Positions 1 through 7,609 of a stretch of 9,746 nt of DNA are shown here, in pieces. This stretch comes from Naegleria gruberi. Taxonomy: Eukaryota. The DNA lies in the NCBI GenBank assembly GCA_000004985.1, contig GG739033.1; one strand, written 5' to 3'. A model generated the notes under the pieces. That model saw only the letters and a program-made list of their open reading frames with translations. It was not told where the DNA came from and ran no database searches. Every line of letters starts with the position of its first letter. The stretch's first letter is position 1. Both the position numbers and the translations under genes were made by a program.

Positions 1-366
1 AGTTCTAAAATTGGAAGTAGTAGCAATTCCATTGTTGTAATCATAGGCAATGGATTTGGAGAGTTTTCCAAGGGGATCCATAAAGGTATTGAGATAGGAA
101 GTGATTTTTTCTCCATTGACATCTATCAAGTCATTTGACAGACCCTCAATCACTTGCTTTGTTACAGTGAATGAAGCAATCCAGATACAAAAGCAACTCA
201 TGATAAGAAGTATGGATACTACAGAAATGATAAATAGATTAATTGGAATTCTTCCACCACACACTCGATAGAAAGTTGAAACATTTTCTTCAGGATTTTT
301 TGAAGTGTCGTTTGACATTACTTCTTCCATGTCATCGTGGGTTACAGGGACAATTACTTGGACCAT
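1..366 (-). CDS. 5'-partial-in-window first coding exon of a single-pass (type-II-like) membrane protein. ATG at 366-364, open to the window edge. Translation: MVQVIVPVTHDDMEEVMSNDTSKNPEENVSTFYRVCGGRIPINLFIISVVSILLIMSCFCIWIASFTVTKQVIEGLSNDLIDVNGEKITSYLNTFMDPLGKLSKSIAYDYNNGIATTSNFRT...
   Basis: 122 codons are open on the minus strand from the window edge to the first ATG. An in-frame stop lies upstream at 397-399. The start context is A-rich (aaaaaaaATGg). A ~39-aa hydrophilic acidic N-terminus is followed by a ~24-aa hydrophobic segment (IPINLFIISVVSILLIMSCFCIWIASF) and then a hydrophilic ectodomain. This reading is hand-translated; the ORF track omits it because it has no stop in the window. 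I do not recognise the family of the extracellular part. Confidence 0.5.
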   Translation of the reverse strand, partial: MVQVIVPVTHDDMEEVMSNDTSKNPEENVSTFYRVCGGRIPINLFIISVVSILLIMSCFCIWIASFTVTKQVIEGLSNDLIDVNGEKITSYLNTFMDPLGKLSKSIAYDYNNGIATTSNFRT

Positions 367-667
367 TTTTTTTAAGTTGTTTTGATTCTGGTAATGTCAG
401 TTGCCGTCGAATATAGTTGTAAGAATTAGAGATGAATTTTGACACCTAGTGACATTATTCGATAACTTTGACTGAACCAATTGAATAAGAGATTGTTTTC
501 TTTCAAAGCCCATTTTTTCTTAAAATACTCTCTAATATGAAAAAATCTCCTCCTTTCAAACAACTTGTAAATAATGATTTTTGTTCAGTTGACCATAATA
601 GTAGAACTTAATCCACTTTTTAGGACAAAAAATTAATTTCATTAGAGATTAACCCATTGAATCTCCA

Positions 668-685
668 AGTCTCAGCGCTGAGACT
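668..685. repeat. Perfect 18-bp palindrome AGTCTCAGCGCTGAGACT, about 300 bp upstream of the ATG of the minus-strand gene at 366. A possible dimeric transcription-factor site or hairpin; function unproven.
   Basis: Read directly from the sequence: the 18-mer equals its own reverse complement. It is GC-rich relative to its AT-rich surroundings. A direct repeat TTTTACAT occurs twice just downstream at 689-696 and 706-713. Confidence 0.9.
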
Positions 686-999
686 CAAATTTTACATCCA
701 GCAGTTTTACATTTCTAGATTTTTGTTGAAATTGGTGAGGTTTTCAAACTTAATCTCTGATTAATTGAGCACCCTAAGGAAATTGTAATTTCAAAATAGG
801 TTTGGCTAGATTCTGGAGGAATGGTTTCCAATGATGTATCATAATTGAAAGGAATCTCTTTTACATTCATTTTGGAACCATTAAATTGAATGAGATCCAT
901 AGGAGTAATTGTTCAAACATCAATTAAACACCAACATCAATCTGTAGCAGTAGGAATTTTGTCTTCGGAATCAATGGTATTACTCATCATTATCTAAAA

Positions 1000-2208
1000 N
1001 NNNNNNNNNNNNNNNNNNNNNNNNNNNNNNNNNNNNNNNNNNNNNNNNNNNNNNNNNNNNNNNNNNNNNNNNNNNNNNNNNNNNNNNNNNNNNNNNNNNN
1101 NNNNNNNNNNNNNNNNNNNNNNNNNNNNNNNNNNNNNNNNNNNNNNNNNNNNNNNNNNNNNNNNNNNNNNNNNNNNNNNNNNNNNNNNNNNNNNNNNNNN
1201 NNNNNNNNNNNNNNNNNNNNNNNNNNNNNNNNNNNNNNNNNNNNNNNNNNNNNNNNNNNNNNNNNNNNNNNNNNNNNNNNNNNNNNNNNNNNNNNNNNNN
1301 NNNNNNNNNNNNNNNNNNNNNNNNNNNNNNNNNNNNNNNNNNNNNNNNNNNNNNNNNNNNNNNNNNNNNNNNNNNNNNNNNNNNNNNNNNNNNNNNNNNN
1401 NNNNNNNNNNNNNNNNNNNNNNNNNNNNNNNNNNNNNNNNNNNNNNNNNNNNNNNNNNNNNNNNNNNNNNNNNNNNNNNNNNNNNNNNNNNNNNNNNNNN
1501 NNNNNNNNNNNNNNNNNNNNNNNNNNNNNNNNNNNNNNNNNNNNNNNNNNNNNNNNNNNNNNNNNNNNNNNNNNNNNNNNNNNNNNNNNNNNNNNNNNNN
1601 NNNNNNNNNNNNNNNNNNNNNNNNNNNNNNNNNNNNNNNNNNNNNNNNNNNNNNNNNNNNNNNNNNNNNNNNNNNNNNNNNNNNNNNNNNNNNNNNNNNN
1701 NNNNNNNNNNNNNNNNNNNNNNNNNNNNNNNNNNNNNNNNNNNNNNNNNNNNNNNNNNNNNNNNNNNNNNNNNNNNNNNNNNNNNNNNNNNNNNNNNNNN
1801 NNNNNNNNNNNNNNNNNNNNNNNNNNNNNNNNNNNNNNNNNNNNNNNNNNNNNNNNNNNNNNNNNNNNNNNNNNNNNNNNNNNNNNNNNNNNNNNNNNNN
1901 NNNNNNNNNNNNNNNNNNNNNNNNNNNNNNNNNNNNNNNNNNNNNNNNNNNNNNNNNNNNNNNNNNNNNNNNNNNNNNNNNNNNNNNNNNNNNNNNNNNN
2001 NNNNNNNNNNNNNNNNNNNNNNNNNNNNNNNNNNNNNNNNNNNNNNNNNNNNNNNNNNNNNNNNNNNNNNNNNNNNNNNNNNNNNNNNNNNNNNNNNNNN
2101 NNNNNNNNNNNNNNNNNNNNNNNNNNNNNNNNNNNNNNNNNNNNNNNNNNNNNNNNNNNNNNNNNNNNNNNNNNNNNNNNNNNNNNNNNNNNNNNNNNNN
2201 NNNNNNNN
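1000..2208. other. Assembly gap or masked region (1209 N).
   Basis: Run of n characters. Every ORF-track entry containing X residues across this span is an artefact. Confidence 1.
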
Positions 2209-2254
2209 TTAGACAGCAACATCGACATGCCATAACCATCACAAGGAAACAAAT

Positions 2255-3146
2255 ATGAGCAATGCGTGTATTAATAGTGATGATCATACCGAAGGACATC
2301 GCATAAAAGTTGAAAGTAGAATAATAGACTCTCCTACCAATACTTTTACGAATAGCGTTCCATCAGCACATCAACAATATGACCTGAATAATGATACTAG
2401 AAGAGAATATTCTTCATCATCATCGTCATTGGTATCATCAAGTATTCAATCAAGAGGTTTGGAAGGAATATTCTCTCAAAAGAATGTGGACACAATGATG
2501 AATAATATTATTCAGCAAATATTGTCAACATTATCTGTGCAACAAGAACGCATGAATAACATTGAGCAAAAGCAGGACCACGGTTTTGCATCCGGCAATA
2601 CATCATCCATGTTGGTGCCGAATGCATCCACAGACCAACACCAAAAAATACAAGCATGTACCTCCCATGTAAACCATCAACAACCTGAAACTCCATCATC
2701 CAATGCAAACCAGCAACAACTAGTTATGGATAGAGGTTCCACATCTTCATTCAATAATGGTAGTGGAGATGTTGGCCTGCAAGGTTCTTCTTCATTCCCA
2801 TCTTCATCTCATTCCTTATCCAATAATACCACCAATTCTTCTTCTTCCACCAGTACATCTAGCTCGTCATTTAATGATTCTAAAAAGTTCATGCTCTCCC
2901 CTGGTACTAATTCCTCCACCCTAGAATTTATCAATGCTCATAACAATCCTATGTTAGCATCATCTGCAAATCAACAACTTCATTCACACAATGATCAGCT
3001 ATCAGATGCTGGTATAAGTCAATTATTCGAGGAATGCAACCATTCAACATTCAACATTGAGCCGCATTCATCCTTGTCACTTACAAAATCCACATCTGAA
3101 TTCAACTTGGAAGATTATCGAGATTTATTCAGTGATGCCAGATCTG
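2255..3146 (+). CDS. 3'-truncated CDS (runs into gap) encoding an S/N/Q-rich low-complexity protein, MSNACINSDDHTEGHRIKVESRIIDSPTNTF...SSSSSSLVSSS...NNTTNSSSSTSTSSSS...EDYRDLFSDARS. A possible nuclear or regulatory protein of unknown family.
   Basis: 297 codons are open from the first ATG after an in-frame TAG at 2210-2212 up to the gap at 3147. The start context is A-rich (aaacaaatATGa). Codon usage is consistent across the ORF. The composition has homopolymeric Ser and Asn/Gln runs. No recognisable catalytic motif is in the visible part. Confidence 0.55.
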
Positions 3147-5213
3147 NNNNNNNNNNNNNNNNNNNNNNNNNNNNNNNNNNNNNNNNNNNNNNNNNNNNNN
3201 NNNNNNNNNNNNNNNNNNNNNNNNNNNNNNNNNNNNNNNNNNNNNNNNNNNNNNNNNNNNNNNNNNNNNNNNNNNNNNNNNNNNNNNNNNNNNNNNNNNN
3301 NNNNNNNNNNNNNNNNNNNNNNNNNNNNNNNNNNNNNNNNNNNNNNNNNNNNNNNNNNNNNNNNNNNNNNNNNNNNNNNNNNNNNNNNNNNNNNNNNNNN
3401 NNNNNNNNNNNNNNNNNNNNNNNNNNNNNNNNNNNNNNNNNNNNNNNNNNNNNNNNNNNNNNNNNNNNNNNNNNNNNNNNNNNNNNNNNNNNNNNNNNNN
3501 NNNNNNNNNNNNNNNNNNNNNNNNNNNNNNNNNNNNNNNNNNNNNNNNNNNNNNNNNNNNNNNNNNNNNNNNNNNNNNNNNNNNNNNNNNNNNNNNNNNN
3601 NNNNNNNNNNNNNNNNNNNNNNNNNNNNNNNNNNNNNNNNNNNNNNNNNNNNNNNNNNNNNNNNNNNNNNNNNNNNNNNNNNNNNNNNNNNNNNNNNNNN
3701 NNNNNNNNNNNNNNNNNNNNNNNNNNNNNNNNNNNNNNNNNNNNNNNNNNNNNNNNNNNNNNNNNNNNNNNNNNNNNNNNNNNNNNNNNNNNNNNNNNNN
3801 NNNNNNNNNNNNNNNNNNNNNNNNNNNNNNNNNNNNNNNNNNNNNNNNNNNNNNNNNNNNNNNNNNNNNNNNNNNNNNNNNNNNNNNNNNNNNNNNNNNN
3901 NNNNNNNNNNNNNNNNNNNNNNNNNNNNNNNNNNNNNNNNNNNNNNNNNNNNNNNNNNNNNNNNNNNNNNNNNNNNNNNNNNNNNNNNNNNNNNNNNNNN
4001 NNNNNNNNNNNNNNNNNNNNNNNNNNNNNNNNNNNNNNNNNNNNNNNNNNNNNNNNNNNNNNNNNNNNNNNNNNNNNNNNNNNNNNNNNNNNNNNNNNNN
4101 NNNNNNNNNNNNNNNNNNNNNNNNNNNNNNNNNNNNNNNNNNNNNNNNNNNNNNNNNNNNNNNNNNNNNNNNNNNNNNNNNNNNNNNNNNNNNNNNNNNN
4201 NNNNNNNNNNNNNNNNNNNNNNNNNNNNNNNNNNNNNNNNNNNNNNNNNNNNNNNNNNNNNNNNNNNNNNNNNNNNNNNNNNNNNNNNNNNNNNNNNNNN
4301 NNNNNNNNNNNNNNNNNNNNNNNNNNNNNNNNNNNNNNNNNNNNNNNNNNNNNNNNNNNNNNNNNNNNNNNNNNNNNNNNNNNNNNNNNNNNNNNNNNNN
4401 NNNNNNNNNNNNNNNNNNNNNNNNNNNNNNNNNNNNNNNNNNNNNNNNNNNNNNNNNNNNNNNNNNNNNNNNNNNNNNNNNNNNNNNNNNNNNNNNNNNN
4501 NNNNNNNNNNNNNNNNNNNNNNNNNNNNNNNNNNNNNNNNNNNNNNNNNNNNNNNNNNNNNNNNNNNNNNNNNNNNNNNNNNNNNNNNNNNNNNNNNNNN
4601 NNNNNNNNNNNNNNNNNNNNNNNNNNNNNNNNNNNNNNNNNNNNNNNNNNNNNNNNNNNNNNNNNNNNNNNNNNNNNNNNNNNNNNNNNNNNNNNNNNNN
4701 NNNNNNNNNNNNNNNNNNNNNNNNNNNNNNNNNNNNNNNNNNNNNNNNNNNNNNNNNNNNNNNNNNNNNNNNNNNNNNNNNNNNNNNNNNNNNNNNNNNN
4801 NNNNNNNNNNNNNNNNNNNNNNNNNNNNNNNNNNNNNNNNNNNNNNNNNNNNNNNNNNNNNNNNNNNNNNNNNNNNNNNNNNNNNNNNNNNNNNNNNNNN
4901 NNNNNNNNNNNNNNNNNNNNNNNNNNNNNNNNNNNNNNNNNNNNNNNNNNNNNNNNNNNNNNNNNNNNNNNNNNNNNNNNNNNNNNNNNNNNNNNNNNNN
5001 NNNNNNNNNNNNNNNNNNNNNNNNNNNNNNNNNNNNNNNNNNNNNNNNNNNNNNNNNNNNNNNNNNNNNNNNNNNNNNNNNNNNNNNNNNNNNNNNNNNN
5101 NNNNNNNNNNNNNNNNNNNNNNNNNNNNNNNNNNNNNNNNNNNNNNNNNNNNNNNNNNNNNNNNNNNNNNNNNNNNNNNNNNNNNNNNNNNNNNNNNNNN
5201 NNNNNNNNNNNNN
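3147..5213. other. Assembly gap or masked region (2067 N) that swallows the 3' parts of the two convergent genes.
   Basis: Run of n characters. Confidence 1.
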
Positions 5214-5808
5214 TATCCACAACTCCTCTATCTACACCACTGTACACATCATTGATAAAACTTCCATCGTAAACTTTGATCAATTGTCCAAAAAGTTTAA
5301 AACAATTCTGAGGTGAAATGTTCATTTGAATTTCATGCTTCAAATGTGAAGCTAATGAACCTTGAATCATGTATTTTTGTGAGAAAATTAGGAGGGAGAG
5401 ACCTTCTTCATCGAGTGAGTATTCTAAACTACCAGTGTAAAAGCTTTTTACAATTTTGTAAAGTGCTGTTTCTTCGAATAAATCATCAAGGATCAGTTGA
5501 CCACATAAATTCTCTGAAAAATTGTTGGAGGAGAAGAGTGTTTGGAAGAATTCAGAATTTATGGATAGAATGCCTTTGTAAACTGAAAGAGTTTGTTGTA
5601 ATTTTGTAAGAACAATTTGAAAATCTGAAAATTGTGAATTGTCGAATAATTTTGCAGTGAAATTCGAAACATCCTGAACGTAAACTTTCTTATCTTCATA
5701 GGAACGGTTAGTTGAGGATTGAAGGAAGGCTGGAACACTAGAAACTGATGAACGAGACATTTTTTTCTTATTGAAAATTGTTTCGTTTAAGAATTTTTCT
5801 TTTATCAT
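5214..5808 (-). CDS. 3'-truncated CDS (runs into gap) whose N-terminal part is a BTB/POZ domain. The likely true start is the ATG at 5760 (MSRSSVSS...); the alternative upstream ATG at 5808 gives MIKEKFLNETIFNKKKMSRSS....
   Basis: The ORF is open from 5808 down to the gap. The segment ...SDFQIVLTKLQQTLSVYKGILSINSEFFQTLFSSNNFSENLCGQLILDDLFEETALYKIVKSFYTGSLEYSLDEEGLSLLIFSQKYMIQGSLASHLKHEI... matches the BTB/POZ consensus (D-[VF]-x-[LF]-x-V ... aHKavLaarSpyFkamF ... ieLddv...lLefiYTGel ... lLaaAdkyqi). The ATG at 5760 has the context aaaaaaaATGtct, identical to the LOG gene start at 7232. The ATG at 5808 has a poor context. Confidence 0.75.
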
Positions 5809-5913
5809 TCAACCAAACTTTCATGCAGTTACCTTTTTTGGAGTGAATATTTTGATCATGCTTACCAATTTGCAAAAAAAGATCAATCTGATAATCTATT
5901 AATAATGTACACA

Positions 5914-5980
5914 ATTGATTGTTGATCGTTGAATCTCTGTAAATGACATTCGTTGATTGCTGACAGAGTTTGATTGAAAC
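5914..5980. promoter_or_regulatory. Three copies of TTGATTG (CAATCAA on the gene strand) in the 5' flank of the BTB gene; a candidate cis-element cluster.
   Basis: The motif TTGATTG occurs in caattgattgttgat, cgttgattgctga and gtttgattgaaac within about 70 bp, 110-220 bp upstream of the BTB start codons. This is pattern only, with no functional evidence. Confidence 0.2.
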
Positions 5981-6053
5981 AATGCAAACTTGTTAACACC
6001 AAACTGTCGGTAACCACACCACCTTTCAATTTAAAAATTAAGCAATGTTAAAT

Positions 6054-6061
6054 TTCCTTAA
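6054..6061. repeat. Left target-site duplication TTCCTTAA of the MITE.
   Basis: Identical to 6721-8. It fits the hAT target consensus nTnnnnAn, which is established knowledge for that superfamily. Confidence 0.55.
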
Positions 6062-6720
6062 TAGATCGCGGGAGGTTGATATAAATTCGTCGATCCGCTG
6101 GACCAGAAGAAAATTTGCAAGTTGAGTGTCAACTTTGAAAAATATTCAAAAAAATATTATCAGCCAAACATAACAATGCAGTGAAACTACATAGTTTTAC
6201 CCATCGAGAAAACTGGCTTTATTTTGCATAACGTGGAATAGTATCATCATTAGTACTAATTTTAGTAGAATTGATGAACAACAATATGGTGTTTGGCTAA
6301 TGCTAATACACCAACAACAACAAGAAATAATAGTAATTATATTTGCGGAAGGCTCAAGAATGAATGGTTGCTGTTACCAATATTGGCTCTGTTTTTGTTG
6401 TTGGAGTTTGGCATCAGTTCTTGATTGGATTATTGTTGGTATTCTGTTGAGTTCCCAAATTTTCACAATAAAAGACTTGTTCAATATATTTGTGTTGGTT
6501 TCCTGCATGAAATGTTACCTCATTACTCGCAGAGTATTCAAGAGAAGGAATAGAGTCAATATTGGTGTTCTATCTTTGCTTGTGAGCAAGATTACCGACT
6601 TGTAAAAATTTTCAGATACCAAGAAATTTTGGCAAAGTCGAACTGGTATCCAATGGCTGGTATTTTGGACTTGGAAAAAAAAATTTCTGGCCCATTTTTT
6701 CAAAGACTTCCCGCGATCTA
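6062..6720. mobile_element. 659-bp non-autonomous DNA transposon or MITE with terminal inverted repeats, probably hAT-like. It is flanked by an 8-bp target-site duplication.
   Basis: The left end TAGATCGCGGGAgGT (6062-6076) matches the reverse complement of the right end aCtTCCCGCGATCTA (6706-6720). The outermost 12 bp are perfect and 14 of 15 match. Extended imperfect subterminal similarity is present: left TGGACCAGAAgaaAATTTgCAAG at ~6098-6122 against the reverse complement of the right TGGGCCAGAAATTTTtttttCCAAG at ~6668-6692. Perfect direct repeats TTCCTTAA lie immediately outside both ends at 6054-6061 and 6721-6728. The interior has no credible transposase. The only ORF is 101 aa, hydrophobic, with a polyQ run. 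Confidence 0.6.
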
Positions 6721-6728
6721 TTCCTTAA
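6721..6728. repeat. Right target-site duplication TTCCTTAA of the MITE.
   Basis: Identical to 6054-6061. The inferred empty site is ...aaaTTCCTTAAtatataatttt.... Confidence 0.55.
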
Positions 6729-6939
6729 TATATAATTTTCTGTATTCTTGCATTTTCGTACCGAGTTAACTTATTGATTCACTAATTTCTTTCATAGGAC
6801 TAATAAATTTCCAAATTCTCAATACGAATTGAAAAATTGTACAAAACAATTTCACCTTCCAAATAAATACATTTTCTCACCTCCAAATATGGCCATACTC
6901 AAACATTATCGAAATTCACAACAATTGCTCAGCCATTCT

Positions 6940-7231
6940 CCAAACCGACAAGATTATTCAAACACCTACCCATTCATCATCCATTCCTCAACTTTCCTTC
7001 ATCCAATTCCTCTTGCTCATCATTTCCGAACCTCGCCATTCATCATGCAACATCACCTCATCACCATTTTTGAACCAATCAAAATGCAACCCTCAACAAC
7101 AATATTTCCATTCTCACAATGCAACATCACTTCCCAAACAGCCCATTCTCACAATTCACAAGCAAAATGCATTTTCAGAATCTGCATTGTCGTTGTTGAA
7201 TCAAATACACAACAACAACGCATAGAAAAAA
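6940..7231 (+). promoter_or_regulatory. G-depleted, CA/CT-rich leader immediately upstream of the LOG start codon. A putative 5' UTR or core-promoter region.
   Basis: Positions 6961-7140 contain only about 7 G in 180 nt on the plus strand and about 30% C. This is strong strand asymmetry. The ORFs called here (6829-7239, 7013-7225) have His/Pro/Ser/Thr/Ile/Phe-dominated composition with almost no Gly, Asp or Glu, as expected from the base skew rather than from coding. Confidence 0.35.
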
Positions 7232-7439
7232 ATGTCTAGCCAACCAACCAATTCAACATGCTCTTCTGATTGTTCTGCTTCAACTGTTGCTGCAGAAAAG
7301 CCAAAACTTTCCTTTGTTGTTTATTGTGCTTCGAGTAGTAAATTGGATGAAAAGTATTTTAGTGCTGCAACACAAGTTGGTGAGACTTGTGCTCAGAATG
7401 GAATTGGAGTGAGATATGGAGGTGGTAATTGTGGTTTGA
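7232..7439 (+). CDS. LOG: LOG-family protein (cytokinin riboside 5'-monophosphate phosphoribohydrolase / 'lysine decarboxylase-like', Pfam Lysine_decarbox type), exon 1. Translation: MSSQPTNSTCSSDCSASTVAAEKPKLSFVVYCASSSKLDEKYFSAATQVGETCAQNGIGVRYGGGNCGL, ending on a split codon.
   Basis: KLSFVVYCASSSKLDEKYFSAATQVGETCAQNGIGVRYGGGNCGL aligns with the LOG N-terminal signature (plant LOG1 [45 protein letters not shown]). The start context is gaaaaaaATGtct. The exon ends at 7439 in phase 1, directly before the GTAAGT donor at 7440-7445. Confidence 0.8.
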
Positions 7440-7577
7440 GTAAGTATTTATTATGAGAATGCAACTTTTAATTATTCTATTTAATGTTCAATATATTTAA
7501 TACAATTTAATAATAATATTGAAAAATATTTAATATACGTCTGATGATGAAATAAATTATCGGAATGCATACAATAG
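7440..7577 (+). other. Spliceosomal intron of the LOG gene: 138 bp, GTAAGT...acaatAG, about 80% AT.
   Basis: A canonical GTAAGT donor follows the exon 1 end. An AG acceptor sits at 7576-7577 after an AT-rich tract. Splicing 7439|7578 joins a+tg into an ATG (Met) codon. This recreates the conserved LOG motif GGGxxGLMG and keeps the downstream frame TVAKSCMDK open. Confidence 0.65.
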
Positions 7578-7609
7578 TGNGTACTGTTGCCAAATCATGC
7601 ATGGATAAG
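7578..7609 (+). CDS. LOG: LOG-family gene exon 2 (start only): (M)-x-TVAKSCMDK... It continues into the gap at 7610-8337; the 3' end is not determinable.
   Basis: The frame after splicing gives GL-M-[ngt: Gly if n=g]-TVAKSCMDK. This matches the LOG consensus GLMGxVAxxvxxxGG. The same frame is the one called as ORF 7565-8371 in the track. Confidence 0.6.

Noticed and set aside
715-900. 61-aa minus-strand ORF (MDLIQFNGSKMNVKEIPFNY...).
   Set aside because: It is short and has no recognisable motif. It lies in the 5' flank of the gene starting at 366 with no splice-donor evidence linking it, so it is most likely chance.
980-2299. Long minus-strand ORFs (439 aa and 420 aa) and other multi-hundred-aa ORFs spanning the N runs (3057-5255, 3129-5222, 7507-8443, 7557-8342, 7587-8393, 7595-8443).
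   Set aside because: They are X-filled translations of poly-N. The only real information is in the flanks, which I interpreted separately. The N-terminal bit of 980-2299 (MSFGMIITINTRIAHICFLVMVMACRCCCL) is antisense to the start of the 2255 gene.
2508-2708. 66-aa minus-strand ORF inside the S/N/Q-rich gene, and the 98-aa plus-strand ORF 5313-5609 inside the BTB gene.
   Set aside because: They are antisense to much longer, better-supported ORFs. Their composition is odd, rich in Trp, Cys and Met from the complement of Ser/Gln codons.
6300-6605. 101-aa ORF inside the MITE (MLIHQQQQEIIVIIFAEGSRMNGCCYQYWLCFCCWSL...), and the 62-aa minus-strand ORF 6515-6703.
   Set aside because: It is hydrophobic and low-complexity, with no DDE or BED transposase features. 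It is far too small to be a hAT transposase, and the element is best read as non-autonomous. A small transposon-encoded peptide cannot be excluded, but nothing supports it.
6829-7239. 136-aa and 70-aa plus-strand ORFs (6829-7239, 7013-7225) upstream of LOG.
   Set aside because: Their His/Pro/Ser/Thr-only composition is a direct consequence of the G-depleted strand. 6829-7239 runs into the well-supported LOG start in a different frame. I interpret the region as leader or promoter.
7536-7577. CTGATGATGA near the 3' end of the LOG intron, resembling a snoRNA C box (RUGAUGA) with CUGA.
   Set aside because: The intron is only 138 bp. The motif sits at the wrong end for a C box. No D box or terminal stem pairing with a guide region is discernible.
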